Part shown: in pieces, positions 61,199-64,000 of the stretch
How positions within the stretch are numbered: the stretch's first letter is position 1
Layout of the letters: each line of letters opens with the position of its first letter
Assembly: GCA_043228905.1 (NCBI GenBank)
Contig: JBHGNT010000002.1
Location: 24,800,001 to 24,864,000 of the forward strand
Direction of reading: 5' to 3'
DNA length: 64,000 nt
From: Azolla caroliniana
Lineage: Eukaryota; Plantae; Polypodiophyta
Translations under genes and position numbers: made by a program
Notes under the pieces: model-generated
Databases searched by the model: none
Seen by the model: the letters and a program-made list of their open reading frames with translations, nothing else
Told to the model about the DNA's origin: nothing

Positions 61199-64000
61199 TG
61201 TTGTAGACGAGGTCGTCAATGCGGAAGATCAAGAAGCATTCGATTGCTGTTGAATACCTGCGTATAACAGAATCATAGATCGTGCACAGAGAGAGAGAGA
61301 GAGAGAGACACAAAAGACTTTCTCATTCAACAAAGCAATAATACAACACCCAACCTTACAAAAAGGTTACAAGGTCACTATATATAGTGACCGACTTAGG
61401 GCAACTACCCTTTATGCTAATTACACAAATGCCCCAAACTTGGGCTATAGAAAGGGATAGTGTGAATACGTCCATTATACACTTGTATTCGACACTCCCC
61501 CGTAATGGGCGTATACATGGGTTATCTAAGATTACAGGTATAGACTTAGGTTCTCGGACATATCAGCTTTGTTCGGGTCGGCAGGGTCCGAAGGCAGAAG
61601 ACCGAACTGGTCGGGTCGGAACAGTTGAAGCCGATCATTAAGGAACTGATGTCGGTTGTCGGGAACCATCCTGCTCTGTGTCCGGCTCTAACCGGACTGG
61701 TTTGTCGTTACGCCCATCTGATGCCGAAGAGACCGAAAACGGTCTGCCGAAAGACACTTGGTCATTCCATCTGCGACATTGTCGGTTGTGGATATTTTCT
61801 CTAGACCGATTTTCCCTGAAATGACGCAGTCCCGAACGAAGTGATATCGAACGTCGATATGTTTGGAGGCGTTGTGGTGAACCGGATTTTTCGACAAGGC
61901 AACAGCACCTTGACTGTCGCTGTAGACAACTGGAGCCGAGTCATGGTCGACTTGTCGAAACGTGTGCGCCAGCCGACCGAGCCACAAAGCTTCTTTTGCT
62001 GCGTCGGACGCAGCTACATATTCTGCTTCGGTCGTTGAGGTCGCTGTGCACTCCTGAAGTTTCGACTTCCACGAGATTGCTCCATTGCCGAATTTGAAGC
62101 AGTATCCGGTTGTTGATTTCCGACTGTCTATACAGCCGGCGAAATCCGAGTCGGTGTAACCGACTACGCCTGAGGTTCGGTTCTGACCGAAAAGAATGCC
62201 ATGGTCTTTTGTGCCAGCCAGATATCTGAACACATGCTTGACTGCGTTCCAATGCGATCGGCCAGGATTGTGCATAAATCTGCTAACGACTCCTACGGCA
62301 TGAGAAATATCAGGCCGTGTCGCGACCATCAGGTACATAAGGGAGCCGACTGCCGGTGCATACGGTACCGACTTCATATCTTCCCCCTCCGGGCCGGATG
62401 TCGGGCAGTCTCGCTGAGAGAGCCGAAGATTCATTGGGAGCGGGGTTGAAGCAGATGTGGCTGATTGCATGTTGAAGCGTTCCAAGACACGTCGGATATA
62501 GTCGGTCTGAGATAAAAAAAGATGTCGTTTATCGCGATGCCGACTAATCTTCATGCCGAGTATGTGTCGTGCCGGACCGAGGTCCTTCATTGCAAACTTC
62601 AACCGCAGTTGCCGGATGAGATCGGCAAGTTCGCCCGCGTGGCGTCCAGAAATTAGCATGTCGTCCACGTAGATGATGAGGAAGATGGGTGATCCATCTT
62701 GAGCTGTGTTGGTAAAGAGACAATGGTCCTCATCGCTTTTTGAGAAGCCGATCGATTGGATGAAGTCGTCGAACTTCTTGTACCATTGTCGCGGTGCCTG
62801 TTTGAGGCCGTATAGACTCTTCCTGAGTCGGCAGACTAGATGTTCTTGGCCAGTTGCCACGAAGCCTTTTGGCTGCTCCATATAAATTTCCTCCTCGAGA
62901 TCACCATGGAGGAAGGCTGTTTTGACATCTAGCTGAATCAGCTCCAAGTTGTCGGCTGCCACTACGCCGAGTAGAAAACGAAGGGTTGTCATTTTCACAA
63001 CTGGTGAAAAAATCTCGTCGAAGTCGACGCCATATTCTTGTCGGAAGCCCTTCGCAACTAATCTGGCCTTGTACTTTGGGGTGGTCGAATCAGACGTCTC
63101 TTTTAGTCGATAAACCCACTTGCAAGGAAGAGCACGTCGGTTCCTAGGTAATTCGACCAGATCCCAAGTCTTGTTTGCCCGAATGGAGTGCATTTCCGAC
63201 TCCATCGCCAGATGCCAGGTGGCGGAATCGACAGATGTCGATGCTTCTTCGTAAGACGTCGGTTCGCCGGCGTCGGTGAAGAAAATTCCAGGAGAATACC
63301 TCTCCGGAGGTTGCGACAGTCTCTCGGATCGTCGAGGTATGATTGGACTGGTCGCATCGGGTATCGAGGTCGGATGGTCCGAAAGCGGATTGTTCTGCTG
63401 TGCCGAGTCGGAGTTGTCCGAGTCAGTAGTGTAAGGTTCAGCTACCCGTGAAGCTGACCGTGTGTTGAGAGCGGGGTCTTCTTGAAGGGTCGGCACATCG
63501 GAAAATGTTACCCTTCGGACTTCGATCGGTTTTTCGACTGATGGACTCATAGCCGACTTGTTGAACACAACGTCCGAACTTCGGACGATTTGTCTGCGTT
63601 CGGGATCCCAGAGTCGGTATCCCATTTCGCCGTCAGATCCATATCCGAGGAAAATGCATTTCCTGGACCGAGGTGCAAGTTTTCGGCGATCATCTTTCGG
63701 AATAAGAGCGTACGCCTCGCATCCGAAGATCCTCAGCTTGTCGTAATTCGGCTTACTGCCGATCCATAGTTCCTGAGGAATTTGAAGTCCTAGAGGTCTA
63801 CTTGGCGACATATTGATTATGTGTACTGCCGTGAGTAGAGCCTCTGCCCAGAAGCCATCCGACAGTCCGGAGTGTTGGAGCATGGAAACTATCCTTTCTT
63901 GGATTGTCCGATTCATTCGTTCTGCAATCCCGTTTTGCTCCGGACTGTGTGGTGCCGTAAATTCACGTCGGATGCCGCGTTGTCGGCAGAATTTGACGAA
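61199..64000 (-). mobile_element. Ty1/copia element J, 3' part (open IN-RT-RNaseH frame to 61688, PPT, 3' LTR 61199-61494), continues beyond the window
   Basis: Uninterrupted ORF of at least 742 aa with YVDDML and SKHIDVRYHF. PPT CGGGGGAG is followed by TGTCGAATAC...CTACAACA. Confidence 0.93.

Noticed and set aside
13749-64000. D (plus) and J (minus) as two halves of one inverted element
   Set aside because: The LTRs are clearly diverged and differ in length, the flanks do not match (CTTAA versus ATGAT), and D is decayed while J is open.

Overview
Nuclear genomic DNA of a land plant. The element types and gene content suggest a seed-free plant such as a fern, which is inference. Bases 1-42785 are a dense nest of LTR retrotransposons that could be resolved junction by junction: at least eight Ty1/copia insertions plus a solo LTR (tRNA-Met PBS and 5-bp TSDs wherever visible) and five insertion sites of one non-chromovirus Ty3/gypsy group (LTRs TGTCG...CGACA, tRNA-Trp PBS). 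All five gypsy target sites are 4-mers with a central CG (ACGG x3, ACGT/ACAT, GCGC), which suggests a CpG-directed integration system. That group includes a gag-only non-autonomous member. Split TSD pairs show that 1-~8.2 kb was inverted by recombination between opposed gypsy LTRs. Bases 42786-61198 are an AT-rich gene island containing a 5'-truncated LINE with a 17-bp TSD, a two-exon SLDP-like (lipid-droplet) gene, an intronless chloroplast ClpC gene preceded by a foldback element, and a four-exon strictosidine-synthase-like gene. A further copia element runs off the right edge. Element labels (A-J, G1-G4) are my own. All alignments were done by eye.
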